32,000 nt of DNA. It comes from Candidatus Saccharimonadota bacterium (lineage in GTDB: Bacteria > Patescibacteriota > Patescibacteriia > 2-12-FULL-60-25). The stretch spans positions 240,001 through 272,000 of the forward strand of contig JALHOH010000001.1 of NCBI GenBank assembly GCA_022843095.1, read 5' to 3'. This document shows positions 6,652 to 15,434 of the stretch, piece by piece; position 1 is the first letter of the stretch; every line of letters begins with the position of its first letter. The notes beneath the pieces were generated by a model. That model did no database searches, was not told the origin of the DNA, and saw only the letters and a program-made list of their open reading frames with translations. The position numbers and the translations under genes are program-made.

Positions 6652-9195
6652 ATGGCGCATCGCCCGATTCATGACATTGAACACAAGTGGCAAGAGGTGT
6701 GGGCGTCCGAGGGGACATATCAGGCCCGCTCTGAAGCACAGGGATCCGGACAGAAGTATTACGGGTTGATTGAGTTTCCGTTTCCGTCGGGAGAGGGTCT
6801 CCACGTCGGACACCCGCGTTCCTACACCGCGATTGATGTCATGACGCGGAAGCGACGCATGCAGGGACAGAATGTCCTGTTCCCGATCGGGTTTGATGCG
6901 TTTGGGTTGCCGACGGAAAATTTTGCGATCAAGCACGGTGTAAAACCGGAAGAAGCAACAAAAAAGAACATCGCCAATTTTACCCGTCAGTTACAATCGC
7001 TCGGCCTTGGATTTGATTGGTCGCGTGTCGTGGATACGACCGATCCAAAGTACTACAAGTGGACGCAGTGGCAGTTTTTACAGTTCTTTCATGCGTGGTA
7101 CGACGAGACGGAAAAACGTGCGCGTCCGATCGCAGAGCTTCCGATTCCTCAAGACATCGTCACGCGTGGAGACGAAGCTGTGCGCGCCTATCGCGATCAG
7201 CATCGCATGGCGTACAAAGCGACAACGACGATCAATTGGTGTCCGCGGTGCAAGATTGGCTTGGCAAATGAGGAGGCGCAGGGAGGCGTGTGTGAGCGGT
7301 GTGGAAATCCCGTCGAACCACGAGAGAAAGCTCAATGGATGATCCGGATCACGAAGTACGCCGATCGCTTGATCGATGATTTAGCGACCGTGGATTATTT
7401 GGACAAAATCAAGGCGCAGCAAATCCATTGGATTGGAAAGAGCGAAGGAGCGTATGTTGATTTCGCGGTCCAAGGCACTTCAGATAAAATCACGGTCTTC
7501 ACAACGCGTCCGGATACGTTGTTTGGTGTGACGTACGTCGTAGTGGCGCCAGAGCATCCATTGCTTGCGGCGTGGATGCGGGACGGTCGTGTTCAAAACG
7601 CAGACGTAGTTGCAGCGTATCAAGAGACGGTGGCGCGTCGCGCAGAAGAAGATCGTGTGGCAGAGGGGAAGGAAAAAACGGGGGTCGCGATTGAGGGTGT
7701 TCTGGCGGTGCATCCGGTTACGGGAGAGACGGTTCCTGTCTGGACGTCGGATTATGTTCTTGGGACGTACGGGACCGGTGCGGTGATGGCGGTGCCCGCG
7801 CACGATACGCGTGACTTTGCGTTTGCAAATACGTTCGGTTTACCCCTGCGCTGGGTCGTGCGGGCGACGGATGGGGGCGTGATGTCAAACGAAACGCCTT
7901 TTGAAGAGGCGGGCATCGCCATGAACTCGGATTTCTTGAATGATCTTCCCACATGGAAAGCAAAGGACGACATGATCTCCTGGCTTGTCGAAAACAAGAA
8001 GGGGGAGAAGGCGACGACGTATAAATTGCGTGATTGGGTCTTTTCGCGTCAGCGCTATTGGGGCGAGCCCATCCCTATCATCCACTGCGCCGCCTGCGGA
8101 TACGTTCCGGTTCCGGATGCTGCCCTGCCCGTTGTGCTTCCAGAGGTCGAAGCGTATCAGCCGACGGATACCGGGGAATCGCCGCTCGCGAACATCCGCG
8201 CATGGGTCGAGGTCTCCTGTCCAACGTGTGGCGGGCCGGCAGAACGTGAAACGGATACGATGCCAAACTGGGCGGGGTCCAGCTGGTATTTTTTGCGCTA
8301 TTGCGACCCACACAATGACACGGCCTTCGCGTCTCCGGAGGCATTAACGTATTGGATGCCGGTTGATCTGTATAACGGCGGGATGGAACACACGACGTTG
8401 CACCTGTTGTACTCGCGATTCTGGTATAAGTTTTTGTGGGACATGGGGCATATTCCGGCGTCGTGCGGAAGCGAGCCTTATGCGAAACGCCGTTCCCATG
8501 GGTTGATCCTTGCGGAAGGGGGAGAAAAAATGTCCAAATCCAAAGGAAACGTGGTAAATCCGGATGAAGTGGTGGCGCAATATGGGGCGGATGTTTTTCG
8601 CGTGTACGAAATGTTCATGGGCCCATTTGATCAGGCGGTGCCATGGGATACGAACGGGATCGAAGGGGTAAAGCGATTCTTGGAAAAAGTGTGGTCGGTT
8701 CTGTCGTCGGACGCCACGCATTCCGATGCGCTGGAAACGGTGTATCATCAAACGCTAAAAAAACTGACGGATGGAATCGAGTTGATGCAGTTCAATACCT
8801 GCGTTTCACAGCTCATGATCCTCACGAACGCTTATCAGGATGCGCAAGGAGTTCCGGCATCCCATCGGGAAGGATATGTGCAGATGCTCGCGCCTTTTGC
8901 TCCGCACCTTGCAGAAGAGCTCTGGCGTGGCGTGCTTGGAAAAACGACGTCCGTGCATGGTTGTGGCGCGGGATGGCCGGTTTATGATCCTGAAAAGACA
9001 ATCGCCGCCACCTTTGAATTGGTGATTCAGGTGAATGGCAAGGTGCGAGATAAAGTGGTTGCGGCATCGGATGTCAGTGAAGAAGAGGCGATTCGGTTGG
9101 CGTTAGATTCAGCGACCATCCAAAAATATCTGGAAGGACGGAATCCGGTGCAAACGCGGTACGTCAAAGGTCGATTGGTCAATATCGTCGTGTAG
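6652..9195 (+). CDS. leuS: leucyl-tRNA synthetase
   Basis: Start chosen at MAHRPIHDIEHKWQEVW, the typical LeuRS N-terminus. HIGH-type motif HVGHPRSY, KMSKSKGN motif, and CPRC/CERC zinc-knuckle cysteines are present. 847 aa. Confidence 0.95.
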   Translation: MAHRPIHDIEHKWQEVWASEGTYQARSEAQGSGQKYYGLIEFPFPSGEGLHVGHPRSYTAIDVMTRKRRMQGQNVLFPIGFDAFGLPTENFAIKHGVKPEEATKKNIANFTRQLQSLGLGFDWSRVVDTTDPKYYKWTQWQFLQFFHAWYDETEKRARPIAELPIPQDIVTRGDEAVRAYRDQHRMAYKATTTINWCPRCKIGLANEEAQGGVCERCGNPVEPREKAQWMIRITKYADRLIDDLATVDYLDKIKAQQIHWIGKSEGAYVDFAVQGTSDKITVFTTRPDTLFGVTYVVVAPEHPLLAAWMRDGRVQNADVVAAYQETVARRAEEDRVAEGKEKTGVAIEGVLAVHPVTGETVPVWTSDYVLGTYGTGAVMAVPAHDTRDFAFANTFGLPLRWVVRATDGGVMSNETPFEEAGIAMNSDFLNDLPTWKAKDDMISWLVENKKGEKATTYKLRDWVFSRQRYWGEPIPIIHCAACGYVPVPDAALPVVLPEVEAYQPTDTGESPLANIRAWVEVSCPTCGGPAERETDTMPNWAGSSWYFLRYCDPHNDTAFASPEALTYWMPVDLYNGGMEHTTLHLLYSRFWYKFLWDMGHIPASCGSEPYAKRRSHGLILAEGGEKMSKSKGNVVNPDEVVAQYGADVFRVYEMFMGPFDQAVPWDTNGIEGVKRFLEKVWSVLSSDATHSDALETVYHQTLKKLTDGIELMQFNTCVSQLMILTNAYQDAQGVPASHREGYVQMLAPFAPHLAEELWRGVLGKTTSVHGCGAGWPVYDPEKTIAATFELVIQVNGKVRDKVVAASDVSEEEAIRLALDSATIQKYLEGRNPVQTRYVKGRLVNIVV

Positions 9196-9199
9196 TACG

Positions 9200-9236
9200 C
9201 ACCCCGCCTGAATGTAGGCGGGGTGTTTCGTGATTT
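9200..9236 (+). terminator. intrinsic terminator after leuS
   Basis: Stem CACCCCGCC pairs with GGCGGGGTG, followed by TTTCGTGATTT. Confidence 0.6.
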
Positions 9237-9245
9237 GGGGGATCG

Positions 9246-9254
9246 CGGTATCCT
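9246..9254 (+). promoter_or_regulatory. -10 box (cGgTATCCT) 9 nt upstream of the galU ATG
   Basis: Same architecture as the TGnTATACT boxes elsewhere in the window. No Shine-Dalgarno sequence lies between the box and the ATG. Confidence 0.35.
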
Positions 9255-9263
9255 GTCGGACGT

Positions 9264-10133
9264 ATGCCTTCTGTCCGCAAAGTGATTATCCCGGTCGCTG
9301 GTCTTGGAACGCGTTTTTTGCCCGCGACCAAAGCGACGCCCAAAGAAATGCTTCCGATCATCGATAAGCCGGTGATCCAATACGTCGTCGAAGAAGCGGT
9401 CGCCTCGGGAATTACGGACGTAATTTTGGTGACGTCGCACGCCAAGCGCCCGGTCGAAGATCACTTTGACGAAAATCAAGCGCTGGAGAATTGGCTCAAA
9501 AAACAGGGGAAGAAAGATTTGCTCGAGCAGGTGCGCGGGATCAGCCATTTGGCAAACTTTGTCTACATTCGTCAGAAAGGTCCGTACGGAAACGCCATTC
9601 CGGTATTGAATGCGGCGCATCTGATTGGAGACGAGCCCTTTGCCGTCCTGTTCGGTGATGATGTATTTGATTGTCCGGGAACGCCGCGACTACGTCAGAT
9701 GATCGATGTCTACGAGCGATACGGTGACCCCGTGATTGCGGCGATCCCGACGGATGATGCGGGCACCAAGAAATACGGGATCATTGATCCGGGGGCGCAG
9801 GTGGGGAAGCGGGTGTATGAGATTAAAGGCGTGGTCGAAAAACCGGGTCCGGCAAAGGCGCCGTCTCGATTAGGGAGTGTTGGCGGATACATTTTGACGC
9901 CGGATATTTTTCAGGAAATCCGGAAACTGAAGCCCGGCGCAGGCGGGGAATACGTTTTATTGGACGCGATCTCGCGCCTCATGAAACGTCGCGCGGCGTA
10001 CGCCTGCGAAATTCAAGGAGACTATCACGACACCGGGTCAAAAATCGGTTGGTTGCGCGCCAACCTGTCGTACGCACTCAAGCGGCCGGACATGGCGTCC
10101 GACGTTCGTGCCATGGTACGATCGTTGCGATAA
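9264..10133 (+). CDS. galU: UTP--glucose-1-phosphate uridylyltransferase
   Basis: N-terminus KVIIPVAGLGTRFLPATKATPKEMLPIIDKPVIQYVVEEA is the GalU signature. 289 aa. Confidence 0.9.
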   Translation: MPSVRKVIIPVAGLGTRFLPATKATPKEMLPIIDKPVIQYVVEEAVASGITDVILVTSHAKRPVEDHFDENQALENWLKKQGKKDLLEQVRGISHLANFVYIRQKGPYGNAIPVLNAAHLIGDEPFAVLFGDDVFDCPGTPRLRQMIDVYERYGDPVIAAIPTDDAGTKKYGIIDPGAQVGKRVYEIKGVVEKPGPAKAPSRLGSVGGYILTPDIFQEIRKLKPGAGGEYVLLDAISRLMKRRAAYACEIQGDYHDTGSKIGWLRANLSYALKRPDMASDVRAMVRSLR

Positions 10134-10142
10134 CCTTCTTCT

Positions 10143-11546
10143 ATGCGCGTCTCTTTTTTCAAACCCCTCGTGGCCGCGGTGCTTTCGCTTTCCCTGTTTG
10201 GTCAGGGGTGTACCAAGGCATTGAGTGAAGAGACGATCTCCGCCTCGCGGTTCATGGAATTGAATGTCTGGGGGGTGATTGATGATCTCCCGGTGTATGA
10301 ACCCGTGTTCTCTGCGTATCAGAAGCAGCATCCAAACATTCAGATCAATTATCGTGCGTTTCGGTTAGAGGAATACGAAGACGCGCTCCTGAACGCGCTC
10401 GCCGAAGATCGTGGTCCGGATGTGTTTTTGATCCATCACACCTGGGTTGGAAAGTACCAGCCCAAACTGGATCCAATGCCGGCGTCCACAAAGGTGGCGT
10501 ATCGTGTCCTTGCGCAGGGGATCAAGCAAGAATTGACCTGGGAATTGCGTACCGAGCCGAACATCACCATGCGGCAGTTCCGTGATGCGTATGCGGACGC
10601 TGTTTTGACCGACATGATCCGCAATATCAATGTCGGGACGGCAGACAAGCCGGATTATCAGGATCGGATCATGGGGATTCCGATCGCGATGGATACACTG
10701 GCGTTGTACTACAACAAAGATCTGTTGAACGCGGCGAATATCCCAACGCCTCCCGAAAATTGGACGCAGTTTTTTGAACACGTAAAGCGCTTGGTCAAAG
10801 CATCTCCAGAAGGAAAGATTTTGCAGGCCGCGGCAGGGATCGGAACCTCGAGAAACGTTGAACGCGGAATCGATTTGTTGCAGGTGCTCATGGTCCAAAA
10901 CGGGACAGAAATGACCAGTAGCGATGGTCGCGTTGCCTTTCATGTCATGCCGCAGACCCTCGCGGATCGGGATGTACCACCAGGAGAACGGGCGCTTGAG
11001 TTCTACACGGACTTCGCGAATTCGGCGAAGGAGGTGTACACCTGGAATGCCGACATGCCGAATTCGCTCGAAGCGTTCATTTTGGGGCAAACGGCTTATT
11101 TCTTTGGCTACGCCTACCATTACGACATCATCAAAGCGCGCAGTCCGCGGCTGAACCTTGGGATCAGTAAGTTGCCGCAAATTAATGAGCAGGCCAAGAA
11201 CAAACCAAACTACTGGGCGTTTGCCGTGTCCAAGAAGTCGAAGCGAAAAGACTATGCCTGGAACCTGTTAAACTTCATGCAGCAACCAGATCAGGCAAAG
11301 GTGATCCTCGAAAACAAGAAAGCGCCGGCAGCACGGAAGGCGTTGCTCTCGGCCCAGTTGGAAGATGAGCGCGTGGGGGTGTTTGCCTCGCAGGTCCTGA
11401 CCGCAGTGTCCTGGTACACGGGGAAAGATCCAGCAACGATGGAGGCGGCATTCCGTGAGTTGATCGATGCGGCGAACGCGGGACAAATCGAGTTCGCTCG
11501 CATCATGCGAACGGCGGCAGAAAAGGTGACGCAAACATATTACTAA
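10143..11546 (+). CDS. ABC-transporter extracellular solute-binding protein (family 1, sugar-type), with a signal peptide and Cys23
   Basis: Signal MRVSFFKPLVAAVLSLSLFGQGC. The length (467 aa) and sequence are typical of carbohydrate-binding SBPs (WGVIDD.., DVFLIHHTW, YYNKDLL, PENWTQF). No permease or ATPase gene is adjacent. Confidence 0.8.
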   Translation: MRVSFFKPLVAAVLSLSLFGQGCTKALSEETISASRFMELNVWGVIDDLPVYEPVFSAYQKQHPNIQINYRAFRLEEYEDALLNALAEDRGPDVFLIHHTWVGKYQPKLDPMPASTKVAYRVLAQGIKQELTWELRTEPNITMRQFRDAYADAVLTDMIRNINVGTADKPDYQDRIMGIPIAMDTLALYYNKDLLNAANIPTPPENWTQFFEHVKRLVKASPEGKILQAAAGIGTSRNVERGIDLLQVLMVQNGTEMTSSDGRVAFHVMPQTLADRDVPPGERALEFYTDFANSAKEVYTWNADMPNSLEAFILGQTAYFFGYAYHYDIIKARSPRLNLGISKLPQINEQAKNKPNYWAFAVSKKSKRKDYAWNLLNFMQQPDQAKVILENKKAPAARKALLSAQLEDERVGVFASQVLTAVSWYTGKDPATMEAAFRELIDAANAGQIEFARIMRTAAEKVTQTYY

Positions 11547-11549
11547 AAA

Positions 11550-11574
11550 GAAGGGCATACGCCCTTCTTTTTTC
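11550..11574 (+). terminator. intrinsic terminator after the SBP gene
   Basis: Stem GAAGGGC, loop ATAC, stem GCCCTTC, then TTTTTTC. Confidence 0.75.
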
Positions 11575-11579
11575 GCGTA

Positions 11580-11588
11580 TGCTATACT
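11580..11588 (+). promoter_or_regulatory. extended -10 promoter TGcTATACT for the pilin-like array
   Basis: TATACT at 11583-11588 lies 11 nt upstream of the ATG at 11600, directly after a terminator. Confidence 0.5.
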
Positions 11589-11599
11589 AGCCGTGTTCC

Positions 11600-13462
11600 A
11601 TGACGCCACTTCGTGTTCACGTATCTCTCCTTATGAAATCCGCGTGGTTCACCGCGATCGGTGCTCTTTGTGCCGCGTTTGTGTTCATCGTGAGCGCCTC
11701 CACGGCGGCTGCGCAATCGGCGTGCATTTATTCCTGCACGAACGGGTCCTCGACGCAGGCGCTGGTGGCGGATTGCGGAACCTGCAAAGCCACCTGCTTT
11801 GCGGGCTGTGCAGGTACGACCGGCGCAAAACCGGCGGCCGGATGTTACGCCTGGCGGTGTGGTACGCAGTCCGAACAACCGAATGGCGACAACTGTCCGG
11901 TGAACCTGTTGAATCAAACGCTTCCGGCAAACATGGGGGATACGGCGGCTGCTATCCAAGATCGTGCCTCAACGCGTCAGGTCCCGACCGGAATGTTTTC
12001 GTGCCGCACGCCGTTGGATGCGGCGGATCAGGGGCAGAATTGTTTGTCACAATCCGTGTGTGGGGGCGGACGTCAGTGCTGTGTGCCGAACGATCGTCGA
12101 ACCTGTGCCCAGGTGCTCGAGGCGACCGCCGCACCGGGATCGTTGACCAGCGTGCGCGACGAACTCACACGCATCGAACGTAGTACCAACACGAATCGTT
12201 CGCAGTTTTATTGTCAGAACCCCCCACGTGATTCCGCGAATCATCGCTGTTATAACCTTGCAACGCCGAACGGATGTCCCGGGCAGGCCGGCGCAAAATG
12301 CTGTGCCCCAGAAGACGCCATCGGTGGTCTTGCGTGCGGAACGGCGGCCGGAGGGGCGGTTGCTTCTCAGGTGACGCAACTGCAGGATCGTTCGCGTACA
12401 CAAGCGAACGAATGGTATTGCCAGCTTGCGCTTGCAAGCAAAGGTATCAACGCCTCGGAGCACTGCCTTGCTACCAACACGTTGTGCCGTGGACAGTACA
12501 AATGCTGCGTGACGCCGGAAGCCCGCACCGCGATGGGATCATCTGCGGGATTGCCCCCGACGACGTCCTGTGTGGAGCGTGCCGCGCGCATGGGGAATCG
12601 GGGTGATGTGGAAGGCGCGGCGGATCTTATCTTGCAACAGGCAAAACAGGCGGCCGGAAATCCGGCAGGTTTTGATGCGCAGTACACGCGTGCCACCGGA
12701 TTTGAATGTTTGCGTGCCTGTATTCCAGCGGATACGCAGCGTTTTTGCGTGGGTGGAGGGAATGGGTGTGATGGCGCCGGCGTGCAGTGTTGTCTGACAA
12801 CGGCGTTTTCACGGTTGCAGGTGGCGACCCCGCAAAATGTCTGTCCCGCAGGAACGACGGGCGGATCCACAACCGGCGGCGCGGGAACGGGCGGAGCCGG
12901 AACGGGAGCGCCGTCCGCAGGGGGTCGTGCCGGAGAGTCTTCTCCGGGCGTTACGGGCCGATTGGTGTTGCCCTCGTGCATCCAAAGTGGAAACTGCGAA
13001 CTGAGTGATATTTTGCGCACCGGTGCCTCGTTTGCGAATTTTATCTTCGAATTGTCCGGCGCCATTTTCCTGCTCATGTTTGTGGTGGGCGGGATCATGT
13101 ATCTGCTCGCAGGTGTGGATTCCAGTTATCCGAAAAAGGGGAAGGAGTTTATTGTGACGAGTGCGATCGGGATGATCATCATTTTTGGTGCCGCCGCGAT
13201 CGTGCGGTATGTGTATGGGACGTTGACGCAGCGCGCCGATCCAACCGAATCCACCTGCGAACGCCAATTTGCGGCAGAAGGGTTCCGCTGCAGCTATGTC
13301 CCCGGAACAACCGCTCAGGAGATTGCACAATCCGTGGACCAGATGGGATGCAAGTCTGAATTGAATTTGTGTAATTTGGACGGACAGGATCGCAATATCC
13401 GGTGCTGCCCGACGTATGGATCCGGTGAACCAACCGGAACGCGTCCTCCCGCAACACGTTAA
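11600..13462 (+). CDS. Cys-rich surface protein (620 aa) with a VirB2/TrbC-like two-helix membrane hairpin near the C-terminus (array member A)
   Basis: Signal peptide ..MKSAWFTAIGALCAAFVFIVSASTAAAQ (alternative start 11633). About 430 aa of Cys-rich ectodomain, then a Gly/Thr linker. The hairpin FANFIFELSGAIFLLMFVVGGIMYLLAG-VDSSYPKKGKEF-IVTSAIGMIIIFGAAAIVRYV is homologous to the C-termini of the next five genes. One further Cys-rich unit follows the hairpin. Confidence 0.75.
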   Translation: MTPLRVHVSLLMKSAWFTAIGALCAAFVFIVSASTAAAQSACIYSCTNGSSTQALVADCGTCKATCFAGCAGTTGAKPAAGCYAWRCGTQSEQPNGDNCPVNLLNQTLPANMGDTAAAIQDRASTRQVPTGMFSCRTPLDAADQGQNCLSQSVCGGGRQCCVPNDRRTCAQVLEATAAPGSLTSVRDELTRIERSTNTNRSQFYCQNPPRDSANHRCYNLATPNGCPGQAGAKCCAPEDAIGGLACGTAAGGAVASQVTQLQDRSRTQANEWYCQLALASKGINASEHCLATNTLCRGQYKCCVTPEARTAMGSSAGLPPTTSCVERAARMGNRGDVEGAADLILQQAKQAAGNPAGFDAQYTRATGFECLRACIPADTQRFCVGGGNGCDGAGVQCCLTTAFSRLQVATPQNVCPAGTTGGSTTGGAGTGGAGTGAPSAGGRAGESSPGVTGRLVLPSCIQSGNCELSDILRTGASFANFIFELSGAIFLLMFVVGGIMYLLAGVDSSYPKKGKEFIVTSAIGMIIIFGAAAIVRYVYGTLTQRADPTESTCERQFAAEGFRCSYVPGTTAQEIAQSVDQMGCKSELNLCNLDGQDRNIRCCPTYGSGEPTGTRPPATR

Positions 13463-13472
13463 TGACTGCTTT

Positions 13473-14324
13473 ATGACATTTCGCGCCTCAATCTTGTGGA
13501 ATGTGGTGATCGGTGTGTTTGCGATGATCGTTGGAGGACTGGGAATGTTTCCATCATCTGCCGCGGCGCAGGTTGCGCCATCCGTGTGCGTGGCTGTTTG
13601 TACAAATGGATACGCCTACACCAATAAGGGCACGTCAGCACCATCCTGTCGTACGTGGATGGATTGTTCTGCGTTTTGTCGTGCACAATGCAGAAATACC
13701 GATCGCGCCTGTGATCGGCAGGGTGGTTCTTCGATCGGTCCGGACGTTGCGGGAACGCCGGAAGGGGTCCGGTGCGTCATCGATCGTCCAACGGTTGTCC
13801 CAGAATCAGTGACCGGGACGCGTGGCACCTGTGGGTACCAATGTATCGGTGGTTTTGCGGATAGTCTGCCAAGCAATACGCCACAGGTTGTGCAGCAATG
13901 TGTGGGAGATAATTGGTGTCAGGATTTGTGCCACATCACCTGTGCCGCGCAGGCAACGGCACGTTGTGCGGGAACGGCGCCGCGGTGTATCGCGACTCCG
14001 GGGCGTCCAACGTCGACCGTTTCTGGTGGAACCGGTGGAAGCGCGGGAACGTCTGCGCGATTGGATAATCCGCTGGGTGTGACAACCTGGCAGGGTCTGA
14101 TTGGAAAACTGATTCGCGCGTTGATTGGGGTCGCCGGTTCGATCGCGCTGGCAGCGTTTGTCTGGGGTGGGGTGTTGTACATGACCGCACGTGGAGAAAA
14201 AGATCAGCTTAAACAGGCAAGAGAAATATTGGTCAACGCCGTCATTGGGCTTGTCCTGATTTTCTTTTCGTACAGTATCATCGCCACCTTTTTGAACATC
14301 TTTACGACGACGGCAACGTCGTAG
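13473..14324 (+). CDS. Cys-rich surface protein (283 aa) with a C-terminal VirB2/TrbC-like hairpin (array member B)
   Basis: Start chosen at MTFRASILWNVVIGVFAMIVGGLGMFPSSAAAQ (signal peptide). Two Cys modules. C-terminus: LIRALIGVAGSIALAAFVWGGVLYMTARGEKDQLKQAREILVNAVIGLVLIFFSYSII. Confidence 0.75.
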   Translation: MTFRASILWNVVIGVFAMIVGGLGMFPSSAAAQVAPSVCVAVCTNGYAYTNKGTSAPSCRTWMDCSAFCRAQCRNTDRACDRQGGSSIGPDVAGTPEGVRCVIDRPTVVPESVTGTRGTCGYQCIGGFADSLPSNTPQVVQQCVGDNWCQDLCHITCAAQATARCAGTAPRCIATPGRPTSTVSGGTGGSAGTSARLDNPLGVTTWQGLIGKLIRALIGVAGSIALAAFVWGGVLYMTARGEKDQLKQAREILVNAVIGLVLIFFSYSIIATFLNIFTTTATS

Positions 14325-14330
14325 CGCGTT

Positions 14331-15344
14331 ATGTTATTCTCCTCCATTCGTCAGGGGATCATCGTGGTTGCCCTCGCGTTGTCACCCGTGCTGGTTCAGG
14401 CGCAAGCCGCCCCGGCTCGTGATCCATTCGAGACGGTCCAGGCGCAAAATTATTGCGTGTTTCGATGTGATACGGGTTCCGCGTCCGGTTCCGCCTCAGA
14501 AGAATATGGAAAGTGGCATGCAGAGGCCATGCCGCAAGATCAGTGTCGGCCAAATTGCAGCACGCGGTGTGATTCAGTCTGTGGACAAGTGACGGTGCAG
14601 GCACCGGGTTCCACCTCGCGCACCACCGCACCGACGCGTCGAGGACAGCCGCGCACGAGTGGCGGAACGGCGGCAGCGCCCGAACAAACCACGGCGCGCT
14701 GTTCACTGAATTCAGGAACAAACACCAACTTGTCGCCGATCTGTGTAAATTACGATCCAATCGGTCAGGCGCAATCAGCACAATCATCAGGCGGACAGGT
14801 TTCGGGAACGCCGGGGATTTGTGTGTTTCGCTGTGCAGGGCAAACGAATTGGCAGGCCGCGCAAATGAATCAGTGCAATCCGCAAGGGTGTCAGTCGCGG
14901 TGTAATTTGATCTGTGGAGGAACGGCCTGCACGGCCGAATCCGCCATGTGTCAGCCATTGCCTGGGGTCGGAAGTCCGAGTTTTCCGCAAACAACGACCG
15001 GCCCGCAAGGAGGATCTGCCCCTTCCGATCAAACCCAGGCGCGCCAAGCGCAGTCACTTGGATTTGGGTTACGTGATCCGCTGGGCGGCGTTTCAATACA
15101 ACGTTTAATTGCCGGACTCATTCGCTTCGTGATCGGGATGATCGGCGCGTTATTCTTGGGATTGTTTGTGTGGTCGGGTGTCCAATGGATGACGGCCGGA
15201 GGCGAGGCGGACAAGGTGAGTGAAGCAAAGCAAACCATGGTGAATGCGACGATCGGGATGATTATCGTCATCGGTGCGTGGACGCTTGTAAGCCTTGTGA
15301 TCGACTATTCCAATGAGGTGTTACGCGCGTCGCAAGGGGGATAA
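14331..15344 (+). CDS. Cys-rich surface protein (337 aa) with a C-terminal VirB2/TrbC-like hairpin (array member C)
   Basis: Signal MLFSSIRQGIIVVALALSPVLVQAQA. Two Cys modules, each beginning CVFRC. C-terminus: LIRFVIGMIGALFLGLFVWSGVQWMTAGGEADKVSEAKQTMVNATIGMIIVIGAWTLV. Confidence 0.75.
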   Translation: MLFSSIRQGIIVVALALSPVLVQAQAAPARDPFETVQAQNYCVFRCDTGSASGSASEEYGKWHAEAMPQDQCRPNCSTRCDSVCGQVTVQAPGSTSRTTAPTRRGQPRTSGGTAAAPEQTTARCSLNSGTNTNLSPICVNYDPIGQAQSAQSSGGQVSGTPGICVFRCAGQTNWQAAQMNQCNPQGCQSRCNLICGGTACTAESAMCQPLPGVGSPSFPQTTTGPQGGSAPSDQTQARQAQSLGFGLRDPLGGVSIQRLIAGLIRFVIGMIGALFLGLFVWSGVQWMTAGGEADKVSEAKQTMVNATIGMIIVIGAWTLVSLVIDYSNEVLRASQGG

Positions 15345-15376
15345 GAATCCGTGTAAGTGTGTGTGTATGGAAAGTG

Positions 15377-15385
15377 TGGTATACT
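15377..15385 (+). promoter_or_regulatory. extended -10 promoter TGgTATACT internal to the array
   Basis: TATACT at 15380-15385. Downstream is a ~45-nt leader ending in the strong Shine-Dalgarno sequence AAAGGAGGTG (15418-15428), 7 nt before the ATG at 15435. Confidence 0.55.
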
Positions 15386-15434
15386 CAGATCACCCAACTA
15401 TGGGATTCCACATGCAGAAAGGAGGTGAGCATTC

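Noticed and set aside
10365-13098. Antisense ORFs within the SBP gene (10365-11180 minus, 271 aa) and within pilin-like gene A (12367-13098 minus, 243 aa; 12809-13330 minus, 173 aa)
   Set aside because: They lie opposite well-supported genes. They have no start-site signals and low-complexity Arg/Pro-rich translations.
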